Shown piece by piece: positions 53,634-64,000 of a DNA stretch of 64,000 nt. Position 1 is the stretch's first letter, and every line of letters starts with the position of its first letter. Under the pieces are notes generated by a model that was not told where the DNA came from, made no database searches, and saw nothing but the letters and a program-made list of their open reading frames with translations. Source of the DNA: Eledone cirrhosa. Its lineage: Eukaryota. The stretch is from positions 5,456,001 through 5,520,000 of the forward strand of contig OZ024761.1 in the NCBI GenBank assembly GCA_964016885.1, in the 5' to 3' direction. The translations under genes were made by a program, and so were the position numbers.

Positions 53634-53697
<64 letters not shown>

Positions 53698-53755
53698 AAG
53701 GCTCTGATACCATCAACACTATAAACACAGAGCTGGCATATCTAAGAACTGACTA

Positions 53756-53811
53756 ACTGCCTGATGAGGTCATAGCCATTCAATGGCTATCATCGAAATA
53801 TATATAGCAGT
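53756..53811 (+). ncRNA. Minimal type I hammerhead motif (family H6)
   Basis: ACTGC-CTGATGA-GGTCATAGCCAT(TCA)ATGGCTATCATC-GAAA-TATATA-TA-GCAGT, followed by AATAAA; canonical G10.1-C11.1 pair. Confidence 0.85.
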
Positions 53812-53854
53812 AAATAAAGGATTATGAGTTCATGCAATTGACTTATGTTTCGTC

Positions 53855-53910
<56 letters not shown>

Positions 53911-54119
53911 TAATAAACGAAAGATATATACTTTATATCATCTCTATTTATTTCATTATATATTTTTCGAAGATATAAAGTACTATATATATGTGTGTGT
54001 GTATGAAAAGATTCAGGACCCCCGACGGCTGAGATCTTTCCATATTACCCACTCTACTACCACAAGTATCGAGCACTCTGGTGAGTTATGGTCCACCTGA
54101 TATTTTATCACACCCAATA

Positions 54120-54170
<51 letters not shown>

Positions 54171-54180
54171 ATATAGATGA

Positions 54181-54229
54181 GATTCTACAGGACTAGAACT
54201 GTTTCATTCTTTAGAAATCATCAGGAATA
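54181..54229 (-). ncRNA. Type I hammerhead motif (family H3)
   Basis: Reverse complement matches the core and stems II and III of 22980-23030. Confidence 0.68.
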
Positions 54230-54234
54230 CATAC

Positions 54235-54310
<76 letters not shown>

Positions 54311-54419
54311 GTATGTATGTGTGTGTATGTAGAATTAAGGTTGATTTTTCCGAAGGGGGTCGGAAAGGAACCACAGTTAAATAAAGTACTGAATACGTTA
54401 GTAGGGAAACATATTTTAC

Positions 54420-54525
54420 ATAGAAATGACATTTACGGGGCTAGAACAGTTTCATCTGAAGAGGATCATCAGGAAGGATGATTTCATACGAATGAAACAG
54501 ATCTAGTCCTGTAGATCTCATTTCT

Positions 54526-54530
<5 letters not shown>
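54420..54530. ncRNA. Two degenerate H3 hammerheads back to back
   Basis: Minus strand CTGATGA-TCCTCTTCAGAT-GAAA-CTG..CCG-TA joined to plus strand GATGA-TTTCATACGAAT-GAAA-CAG..CTG-TA. Confidence 0.5.
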
Positions 54531-54564
<34 letters not shown>

Positions 54565-54945
54565 GGGAAGGGTACATGCGGTTTAACTTCCACTCACAGT
54601 ACATTGGTCAACCCGACGCTAGAGTATAAGGTATATGTCCAAGGTGCCACGTAGTGGGACTGAACCGGAAACCGGGTGATAGCAAAACGAGCCCTTTAAC
54701 CACACAGCCATGAACATTTTGTCATTTTCTCTACTTTTTCCTCTTTCAGTGAAAACCGGAAGTTCTCGGAATTGTTGCGGAAGAAGATTTCAGAAATATC
54801 AAAAGTACGAAACTTTTAATATTATTATTGTTATTTTTTTTAATGCAAGCTCCTGGCATTTTTCCCGTTTTTACTGTCTATCTTCCTGATAACTCATGTT
54901 GGTTCCAGACTCATTCGTACACACATACTTTAGAAACCTCTCTCT

Positions 54946-54992
<47 letters not shown>

Positions 54993-54993
<1 letters not shown>

Positions 54994-55291
54994 TATTCGT
55001 GGAATTTTCCTTAGAACCTAGCTAATAATTGTTCGTGGAAACCACCCCATATTCGCGGAATCGTAAATATCTTCCGCGATTTTTTAATGGCTTTTTTCGT
55101 GGCAATATATATATATATATATTTTCATGCTTTTTAACACTAAATTATTAATAACAATAAACCGTATTTGTTGGCCTATATTTTACGTTGTGTTTTAACG
55201 TTTATAGACATTTTTATGGACCCCGTCCACTATTCGCGGTATTTTAACTCTTCGCGGGTGCTCTAGCAACGTGAATACTGGCGGACAACTG
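54993..55291 (-). mobile_element. Tigger/pogo-like MITE, partial
   Basis: Reverse complement of 15882-16239; plus strand ends GGACAACTG-TA. Confidence 0.65.
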
Positions 55292-55732
55292 TATATATAT
55301 ATAATTATAGGTTCAATGATTGATACGGTAGATACCAGTGATATAGTAGAATAGGGAGAGTAAGAAGTTCGATTATGTAGACCATACGTCTCGCACGCCG
55401 CCGAATACGTTGTCTAATTCCAATAGGTGAAATCAATATTTCATAAGAGAGGAATTGATCTTGTATCCAATTAAACAGAAATCGATACTAGATAAGATCT
55501 CGTGTCGTGTAGACCTAGATCAACTCTAGTTTAACATAGTTACGATAAATGGCGGTTTAATAGCCTACATCCACACTTCTATTTCGTGGTGGCTGGGTTC
55601 CTGAGGATGGTAAGGTATGGTTGGAGGGGGAGTTGGCTGCTATTTCAACAGTGCCATCAACCACATAAAGGTGGCACGTATAAGACGAGGAGCAGCAACT
55701 ATGTTAATCCGGCGCTCAGAAGCAAATAAAGG

Positions 55733-56190
55733 TTTTGTACCCTTTTTACGACTGTCATACATGTGAAAGACTGTGTTAAGGCTTGTACCCGTTTTACGGC
55801 TGTCATACAGCAGAAGAACTGTGTTAGGGATTTTGTACCCTTTTTACGACTGTCATACATGTGAAGGACTGTGTTAGGGCTTGTACCCGTTTTACGACTG
55901 CCATACAGCAGAAGAACTGTGTTAGGGATTTTGTACCCTTTTTACGACTGTCATACATGTGAAGGACTGTGTTAGGGCTTGTACCCGTTTTACGACTGCC
56001 ATACAGCAGAAGAACTGTGTTAGGGATTTTGTACCCTTTTTACGGCTGTCATACATGTGAAAGACTGTGTTAGGGCTTGTACCCGTTTTACGACTGTCAT
56101 ACAGCAGAAGAACTGTGTTAGGGATTTTGTACCCTTTTTACGGCTGTCATACATGTCAAGGACTATGTTTGTGATTTTGTACCCTTTTTA
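55733..56190. repeat. 98-bp higher-order repeat of alternating 48/50-bp subunits
   Basis: TTGTACCC(T/G)TTTTACG(A/G)CTG recurs at 55735, 55783, 55833 and onward, with alternating ATGTGAA(A/G)GACTG and AGCAGAAGAACTG cores. Confidence 0.9.
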
Positions 56191-56929
56191 CTGACACAAG
56201 TTCGTATGTCACATGACCTGGTACCACATGAACCACCCTACAAGGGGGGGCCAGTCACAAAGTAATAGTAGTGATGATGGTGATGGTAATAGCAGTGGTG
56301 GTGGGGGTGTGGTGCGGCTGGTAACTTGAGGAGTGGGGTCACTATACAATTTATCAAAGCGGGTGGGCAGCTGTCAGTTTTGAAACTAATTTGCTACCCA
56401 GACAGCTCAAATGTTGAGCATACAGAAGTATCGATGACTACCACCCCCACTGCCGTTACCCCACCCCCCCACCACCAACACCACCACTATTACCCCCACC
56501 AATAATACTATCTCCACCACCACCACCACTACTACCTCCACCACCGCGACCAATACCACCATCACTACAATCACCACTACCCCTACTACCTTCACCCCAA
56601 CCAACACCACCACCACCACCACCACCAACACCTCCACCACTACTACCACCATCACCAGTAAACCTACCCTTTAGTGGGGGCCACACCCAGATATTCCACC
56701 CGTTGGTATATGAGGAGTCCGTCATATAAGTTACTTCAATATACTAAGGTTACCTAGGTTGTAGCCCTACCCCCCGGGGAGTCATCTTTCATGAAATGGT
56801 CACGGGTGGATTCGTGGCCAGTGGGGGAGGGGGAAAGGTGGAAATGATACAAGATTTTGAAATTAAAACTTATGAAATACATCACAGACACTTACCTACA
56901 TAACTCCTAACCACACCTACCCACTTAAT

Positions 56930-57540
56930 TATCTGCCACCTACCTACCTGCCCAGCTACCTACCTATTGACTTACCCACCTACACACCTACCTACCTATC
57001 TACACATCTACTCACCTCCCCCTACCCCCCTACCTGCCCAGCTACCTACCTATTGACTTACCCACCTACACACCTCCCTCCCTACCCATCTACTCACCTC
57101 CCCCTACCTGCCCAGCTACCTACCTATTGACTTACCCACCTACACACCTACCTCCCTCCCTACCCATCTACTCACCTCCCCCTACCCCCCTACTGACCCA
57201 GCTACCTACCTATTGACTTACCCACCTACACATCTACCTACCTATCTACACATCTACTCACCTCCCCCTACCCCCCTACCTGCCCAGCTACCTACCTATT
57301 GACTTACCCACCTACACATCCACCTCCCTCCCTACCCATCTACTCACCTCCCCCTACCCCCCTAGCTACCTACCTATTGACTTACCCACCTACACATCTA
57401 CCTACCTATCTACACATCTACTCACCTCCCTACCTACCTACCTACCTCTCTCCCTACCCACCCGCTCCCCTCCCTATCCACCTACCTTTCCCCCTCCCTA
57501 CCCACCCCCTACCTATTTACCTACCCACCCCCTACCTATC
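56930..57540. repeat. C-rich ~70-80-bp minisatellite
   Basis: AGCTACCTACCTATTGACTTACCCACCTACACA recurs about 6 times. Confidence 0.85.
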
Positions 57541-57677
57541 TATCTCTATACCTGAGCGTCTATTTAAGTAACTATGTATGTACATACGGACATAAATACG
57601 TGTTCATGTATGTATGTATGTATACGTAAGCAGATGTGTGTATGCATGGATATATATATACATATATATACATACAT

Positions 57678-57757
<80 letters not shown>

Positions 57758-57760
57758 ATT

Positions 57761-57833
<73 letters not shown>

Positions 57834-57933
57834 CATATATATATAAATGTGAGTGTATATATATATGGGTGAAAGCAGCGATTCTTTACTTAAACTTTAA
57901 TCTGTTATTTTAATAAATATATATATATATACA

Positions 57934-57967
<34 letters not shown>

Positions 57968-58082
57968 TATATATATACATATATATACACTATATATATA
58001 TATACACTATATATATATATATACAGTATATATATATATATATATATACACTATATATATATATACAGTATATATATATACA

Positions 58083-58116
<34 letters not shown>

Positions 58117-58371
58117 TATATATATATATATATATATATACTATATATATACACTATATATATATATATATATATACACACTATATATATACACTATATA
58201 TATATATACAGTATATATATATACAGTATATATATATATATATATATATACTATATATATACACTATATATATATATATACACTATATATATATATACAC
58301 TATATATATATATATACAGTATATATATATACAGTATACATATATATATATATACATATATATATACAGTA

Positions 58372-58409
<38 letters not shown>

Positions 58410-58454
58410 TATATACAGTATATATATATATATATATATGCATATATATATACA

Positions 58455-58519
<65 letters not shown>

Positions 58520-58922
58520 AAAGGAAGGTGTATATGTTGACTATGAGATGAGAGATTCAGGTGGAATGTAGGTACACTATACATTGTATAATACATGTTT
58601 ACTATAGGAGGGGGGGGGGGCACGTTGGTGTGTGTGGTGGGGGGCGGGGGGGGGGGGGGGCACTGCAACAGCTGCACCCTCGTTGCAGCACCCTGGTGTT
58701 AAAGGAAGCATGGTATGGCGTTGCCACCTTATCTGAACATCTACTTGCTTCTTCTGGGCTACTACTACCACTACTATTACTACTACTGTTACTACTACTA
58801 CTACTGCTGTTGATGCTGCCACTACTACTACTACTACTAGCGCCACCACCAATACTACTACTGCTGCTACTACTACTACTACTACTACTACTGCTACTGC
58901 CACGCCACTACTACTACTACTG

Positions 58923-58957
<35 letters not shown>

Positions 58958-59050
58958 GCCACGCCACTACTACTACTACTGCTGCTACTACTACTAGCGC
59001 CACCACCAATACTGCTACTACTACTACTACTGCTGCTACTACTACTGCTG

Positions 59051-59082
<32 letters not shown>

Positions 59083-59108
59083 GCTACTACTACTAGCGCC
59101 ACCACCAA

Positions 59109-59139
<31 letters not shown>

Positions 59140-59282
59140 GCTACTACTACTACTACTACTACTACTGCCACGCCACTACTACTACTACTGCTACTACTAC
59201 TACTACTACTACTACTACTGCTGCTACTACTACTAGCGCCACCACCAATACTACTACTACTACCACCACCACCACCACCACC

Positions 59283-59313
<31 letters not shown>

Positions 59314-59364
59314 TTGCTGCTGCCATTCAATTATTTTTTTTCATTCATTAACACAGGAGGGCGT

Positions 59365-59448
<84 letters not shown>

Positions 59449-59753
59449 TTACGCATGTGTATACAAACAAACATACACACATATATATATATAATAGATA
59501 GATAAATAGATATATGTATGTTTATGTATGTGTAAGTATGTATGTATACACATTCACATATAGACTTTCTTAAATACAGATGCAGTAATACAATAACATA
59601 CACATACACCCAAATATATATATATACATACACATACACTCAAATATATATATATATATACACACACACACCCAAATATATATATATACACATACACCCA
59701 AATATATATATATACACATACACCCAAATATATATATATACACATACACCCAA

Positions 59754-59786
<33 letters not shown>

Positions 59787-59811
59787 TACACTCAAATATA
59801 CATACACACGA

Positions 59812-59874
<63 letters not shown>

Positions 59875-60907
59875 TACACACTCAAATATATACATATACA
59901 CATACACACGAGTACATATATATATATACACACCACAATTATATATACACACACACACAATTATATATACACACACACACAATTATATATACATATACAC
60001 ACACAATTATATATACACACACACACACAATTATATATACATACACACACAATTACATATACATACACACACAATTATATATACATACACACACAATTAT
60101 ATATACATACACATTCACAATTATATATACACACACACACAATTATATATACATATACACACACAATTACATATACATACACACACAATTACATATACAT
60201 ACACACACAATTATATATACATACACATACACAATTATATATACATACACACCACAATTATATATACACACACACACAATTATATATACATATAACACAC
60301 AATTATATATACATACACATACACAATTATATATACACACACACACGATTATATATACACACACACACGATTATATATACACACACACACAATTATATAT
60401 ACACACACAGCGCCTTGTTCGTGTTCGTATTTCCTTTCGTACCAGATGTATATCTGATCCCCCCCCCCACCGCCACCACCACAAACATCATCATCATTAA
60501 CAACACCATCATTATACTCATAATTATCATATTCATCACCATCATCATCATCAACATCGCCACCACCACCACCACCATCATCTTAAACATCATCACCACC
60601 GCCACCATCATCTTAAACATCACCACCACCACCGCCATCATCTTCAACATCAACATCATCACCACCCCCACCACCACTACTACCATCATCACCACCACGA
60701 TCATCTTCAACATCAACACCACCACCGCCACAACAATTACCCCCCCCCCACCACCAACACCAACACCGCCACCATCTACTTCAGTGTTGTTTAGCCCAGA
60801 TGTTAGCCATATCTGACGTCACGTGATAACAATTCTCCCCCCCCCCCCCCCCGCCACACCCACACCCGAACAGTGAATAAAAAGTATTTGTGTTACCCCA
60901 GATGATG

Positions 60908-61130
60908 ACGGTGGTGGTGGTGTAGGGAGGTTGGTTGCGGTGGTGGTGGTGGTGGTGTAGGGAGGTTGGTTGCGGTGGTGGTGGTGGTGGTGTAGGGAGG
61001 TTGGTTGCGGTGGTGGTGGTGGTGGTGTAGGGAGGTTGGTTGCGGTGGTGGTGGTGGTGTAGGGAGGTTGGTTGCGGTGGTGGTGGTGGTGTAGGGAGGT
61101 TGGTTGCGGTGGTGGTGGTGGTGGTGGTTG
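60908..61130. repeat. G-rich ~33-36-bp minisatellite
   Basis: (GGT)nGTAGGGAGGTTGGTTGC about 6 times. Confidence 0.9.
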
Positions 61131-61239
61131 TTGGGGATAATTGGAAGTGAGGTGATAGTGACGGTTAGCTCACAGACTCAGATATACGCATAAAAGCACA
61201 CATATATACATGCGTATATGTGTATATATATGTATCCCC

Positions 61240-61277
<38 letters not shown>

Positions 61278-61364
61278 GTAAAAGGTAAACAGAAATAACA
61301 ACACAATCGGTACAATATATGAAAGGAGTATATTAGGTTAACGCTTGAAATAGCAGGAAGAGGA

Positions 61365-61400
61365 TCTTAACGTTTCAGACGCTAGTCCTTCATCAGAAGA
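61365..61400 (-). ncRNA. Ultra-minimal hammerhead motif (family H4)
   Basis: TCTT-CTGATGA-AGGACTAGCGTCT-GAAACGTT-AAGA; the surrounding ~220-bp unit is homologous to 53410-53637. Confidence 0.55.
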
Positions 61401-61546
61401 AAGAATGAGAAATAATATAGATTGAATGGACGGGCGAGATTGAATTGGAAAACAACTTTAGATAAAAATAACAGGTCCATTCATGTTGACATCTCTTGGA
61501 TATATATAACGTGTAGACGCGTTCTTGGGACTAGTAAAATGAGGTA

Positions 61547-61636
61547 TCCTCTTGATAAGTCGGCAGACCTCGCAGGGACTCTATATCTTTATGATGTATT
61601 GTTTTTGTTTATGCCACGAAACTACGTAGTCGAGGA
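61547..61636 (+). ncRNA. Type I hammerhead motif with U3-A8 core variant (family H7)
   Basis: TCCTC-TTGATAA-GT(C)GGCA..TGCCAC-GAAA-CTACGTAG-TC-GAGGA; GUC triplet and palindromic helix III. Confidence 0.72.
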
Positions 61637-61705
61637 ATCTAGGAGTAGTTTAGGTATGATACATTTTATTACTAATTATATCTAAATGTTTCTTCTCTCT
61701 TCATA

Positions 61706-61744
<39 letters not shown>

Positions 61745-62304
61745 CAAATGAATGAGTGAATGAAAGGGTTACAAGCCGTTAAAACATTTCTTTATATAGC
61801 TCTTACACGTGTTTCGCCCAGAAGGGCTCGCCGGAGGCAGAAATTCCAATGGTTAGGTCCTTAATTACAATTATCGTTGAGAGATTATCACAACTTCACG
61901 TCCCCATGCACTCTATTCGAAAATAGTAAACGCGTTGCCGCCGGTGAAAGGGATATAACTCGCTAAGGGAGGTAATTACCCGGTGTCCACTGGATGTCAC
62001 TTGGTTACTTTTGACCAACCTCAGCTATGGGGATAAATTATTTTTAACATTAGCAGGGTGGGTCCAACTCAGTAGAAATCGTGCAGTGTTTTGGTGGGAA
62101 AACAATAGACGGTTGGTGGTGTCATTAAACACCGTACGCTGGTATACCCAATGCAAGGGGGCTGCGTTGGGGTGTGATGCTGAAGGCTTTGGAGGTATGA
62201 TGCCAATTCGGGTCCAAGTTGTAGGGACGGAGGATTAACAACAAAAACGTGTCTGTGTGTGACATGGAGGTCGTTCTCAATTAGAGTCCGTGACCTTTGA
62301 CACG

Positions 62305-62592
62305 GACTACGTGACTGATATGAGAGGTACCAGGGACCAAGGACCACGTGACTGATATGAGAGGTACCAGGGACCAGAGACCACGTGACTGATATGAGGA
62401 GTACCACGGACCAGTGACCACGTGACTGATATGAGACGTACCGTTGACCACGTGACTTATATGAGAGGTAGCAGGTACCACGTGACTGATATGAGGGGTA
62501 CAAGGGACCAGGTACCACGTGACTGATATGAGAGGTACGATGGACCAAGGATCACGTGACTGATATGAGAGGTACCAGGTACCACGTGACTC
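62305..62592. repeat. ~36-44-bp minisatellite carrying CACGTGAC
   Basis: ACCACGTGACTGATATGAGAGGTAC-type unit repeated about 9 times. Confidence 0.9.
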
Positions 62593-62706
62593 TCAATACA
62601 CCATCACAGCAGTACCAGTATGTCTGTAATTGTGACGTAAAGCCTTAACTCTGCAAATGTAATTAGCTAGTCTATGAATGTGGAGTATGTGTGTTTACAT
62701 ACACAG

Positions 62707-62811
<105 letters not shown>

Positions 62812-62849
62812 CTCACACACACATACACACACACACTCTCTCTCTCTTT

Positions 62850-62889
<40 letters not shown>

Positions 62890-62913
62890 GCATGTGTGTG
62901 TATACATACATAA

Positions 62914-62971
<58 letters not shown>

Positions 62972-62985
62972 ATATATTATATATA

Positions 62986-63115
62986 TTTATTAAAATAACA
63001 GATTAAAGTTTAAGCAAAGAATCGCTGCTTTCACCCTTAACGGGATCTTCTGAAGATCCCGTTAAGGGTGAAAGCAGCGATTCTTTGCTTAAACTTTAAT
63101 CTGTTATTTTAATAA
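62986..63115. repeat. Fold-back whose apex is at a hammerhead CUGAAGA box (family H9)
   Basis: Right arm reads CTGAAGA-TCCC(GTTAA)GGGT-GAAA-GCA..TGC-TT; left arm is its reverse complement; partial copies near 10243-10290, 40377-40433 and 57867-57915. Confidence 0.75.
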
Positions 63116-63207
63116 ATATTTGCTCTACAGTTCTTATATATCTGATATATATTTATCTTTATCGAGCCCTCTTTGGATTGTAGTCTTCAAATTTATTATT
63201 ATTACTA

Positions 63208-63257
<50 letters not shown>

Positions 63258-63326
63258 GGAGTATATTGGGTTTTAAATATTAACGACACGGAGATACGCG
63301 TGCAAATGCATGTATGCACATATTCG

Positions 63327-63358
<32 letters not shown>

Positions 63359-63669
63359 CATATAAATATATATATGCATACATACATATAAATATATATG
63401 CATACATAAATATAAATATATATATATGCATAAATATAAATATATATATATGCATACATACATATAAATATAAATATATATGCATACATACATATAAATA
63501 TATATGCATACATACATATAAATATATATATATATATATGTATGTATGTGTATTAATACACATGTCTATATCTCTCTCTATATATGTATATATGTGTATA
63601 TATATATATATAACCTACCTGCCACAACATATGTTATAAATAATCAAGAAAAAAAAGTCGGTCAGAGGA

Positions 63670-63709
<40 letters not shown>

Positions 63710-64000
63710 AACATTAATGTGAGGGTTGATTGTTAAGACTAAGCCACTGGCTGATAGCATCTCGTTCTACCCTTAATACACCCTCATTGCAGTAGCTGCT
63801 GGCAGCCTGCCTTATACCCGTATTACTGTTGGTATTACTGACTAGGCTTTCTTCACTACAGAACACTATAGGTCTTCGACTATAGGGATGGGCTGTGAAG
63901 GACGCAGGTCATGTCACGTAGACAGTGTTATGCCATGGTGTCTTAACTTCTGATTGAGTCCCAGGGACGCCGTCGTAGCATAGAATGTAAATTGTAAATA

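Noticed and set aside
61800-61840. Minus-strand hammerhead-like CCGGCGA-GCCC(TTCT)GGGC-GAAA-CACGTG-TA
   Set aside because: Two core substitutions and a poor stem I; probably a decayed copy, so not counted as intact
62020-62250. Possible Penelope ORF remnant upstream of the decayed hammerhead
   Set aside because: Only a vague resemblance; no RT or GIY-YIG motif recognisable by eye
63720-64000. Unique GC-richer segment at the window end
   Set aside because: No convincing ORF, splice pattern or known RNA fold identified

Overview
AT-rich, repeat-saturated animal genomic DNA with one 200-N gap. The SINE families and the (TA)n/(CA)n load suggest an octopus-like cephalopod; this is an inference. 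Almost all ORFs in the track are microsatellite noise. The only convincing host coding sequence is one minus-strand internal exon (30840-31111) of a furin-activated matrix metalloproteinase: pro-domain, PRCGNKD cysteine switch and RKKR. Most of the window is therefore probably intronic. The rest is tRNA-derived SINEs, RTE-like and RLE-type LINE remnants, non-autonomous Helitrons, Tigger-, hAT- and piggyBac-like MITEs, and tandem arrays that arose inside those elements. The most striking signal is not visible in the ORF track: about 18 type I hammerhead ribozyme motifs (CUGANGA...GAAA...UH with pairing stems) from at least 8 sequence families. They lie in short units embedded in (TA)n tracts and are often arranged as fold-backs. 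They include minimal palindromic-stem-III forms, a U3-A8 compensatory core variant, a long-stem-II form and a tandem pair 290 nt apart. This fits a Penelope-like/retrozyme-type non-autonomous element system. All folds were derived by eye and cleavage activity is untested.
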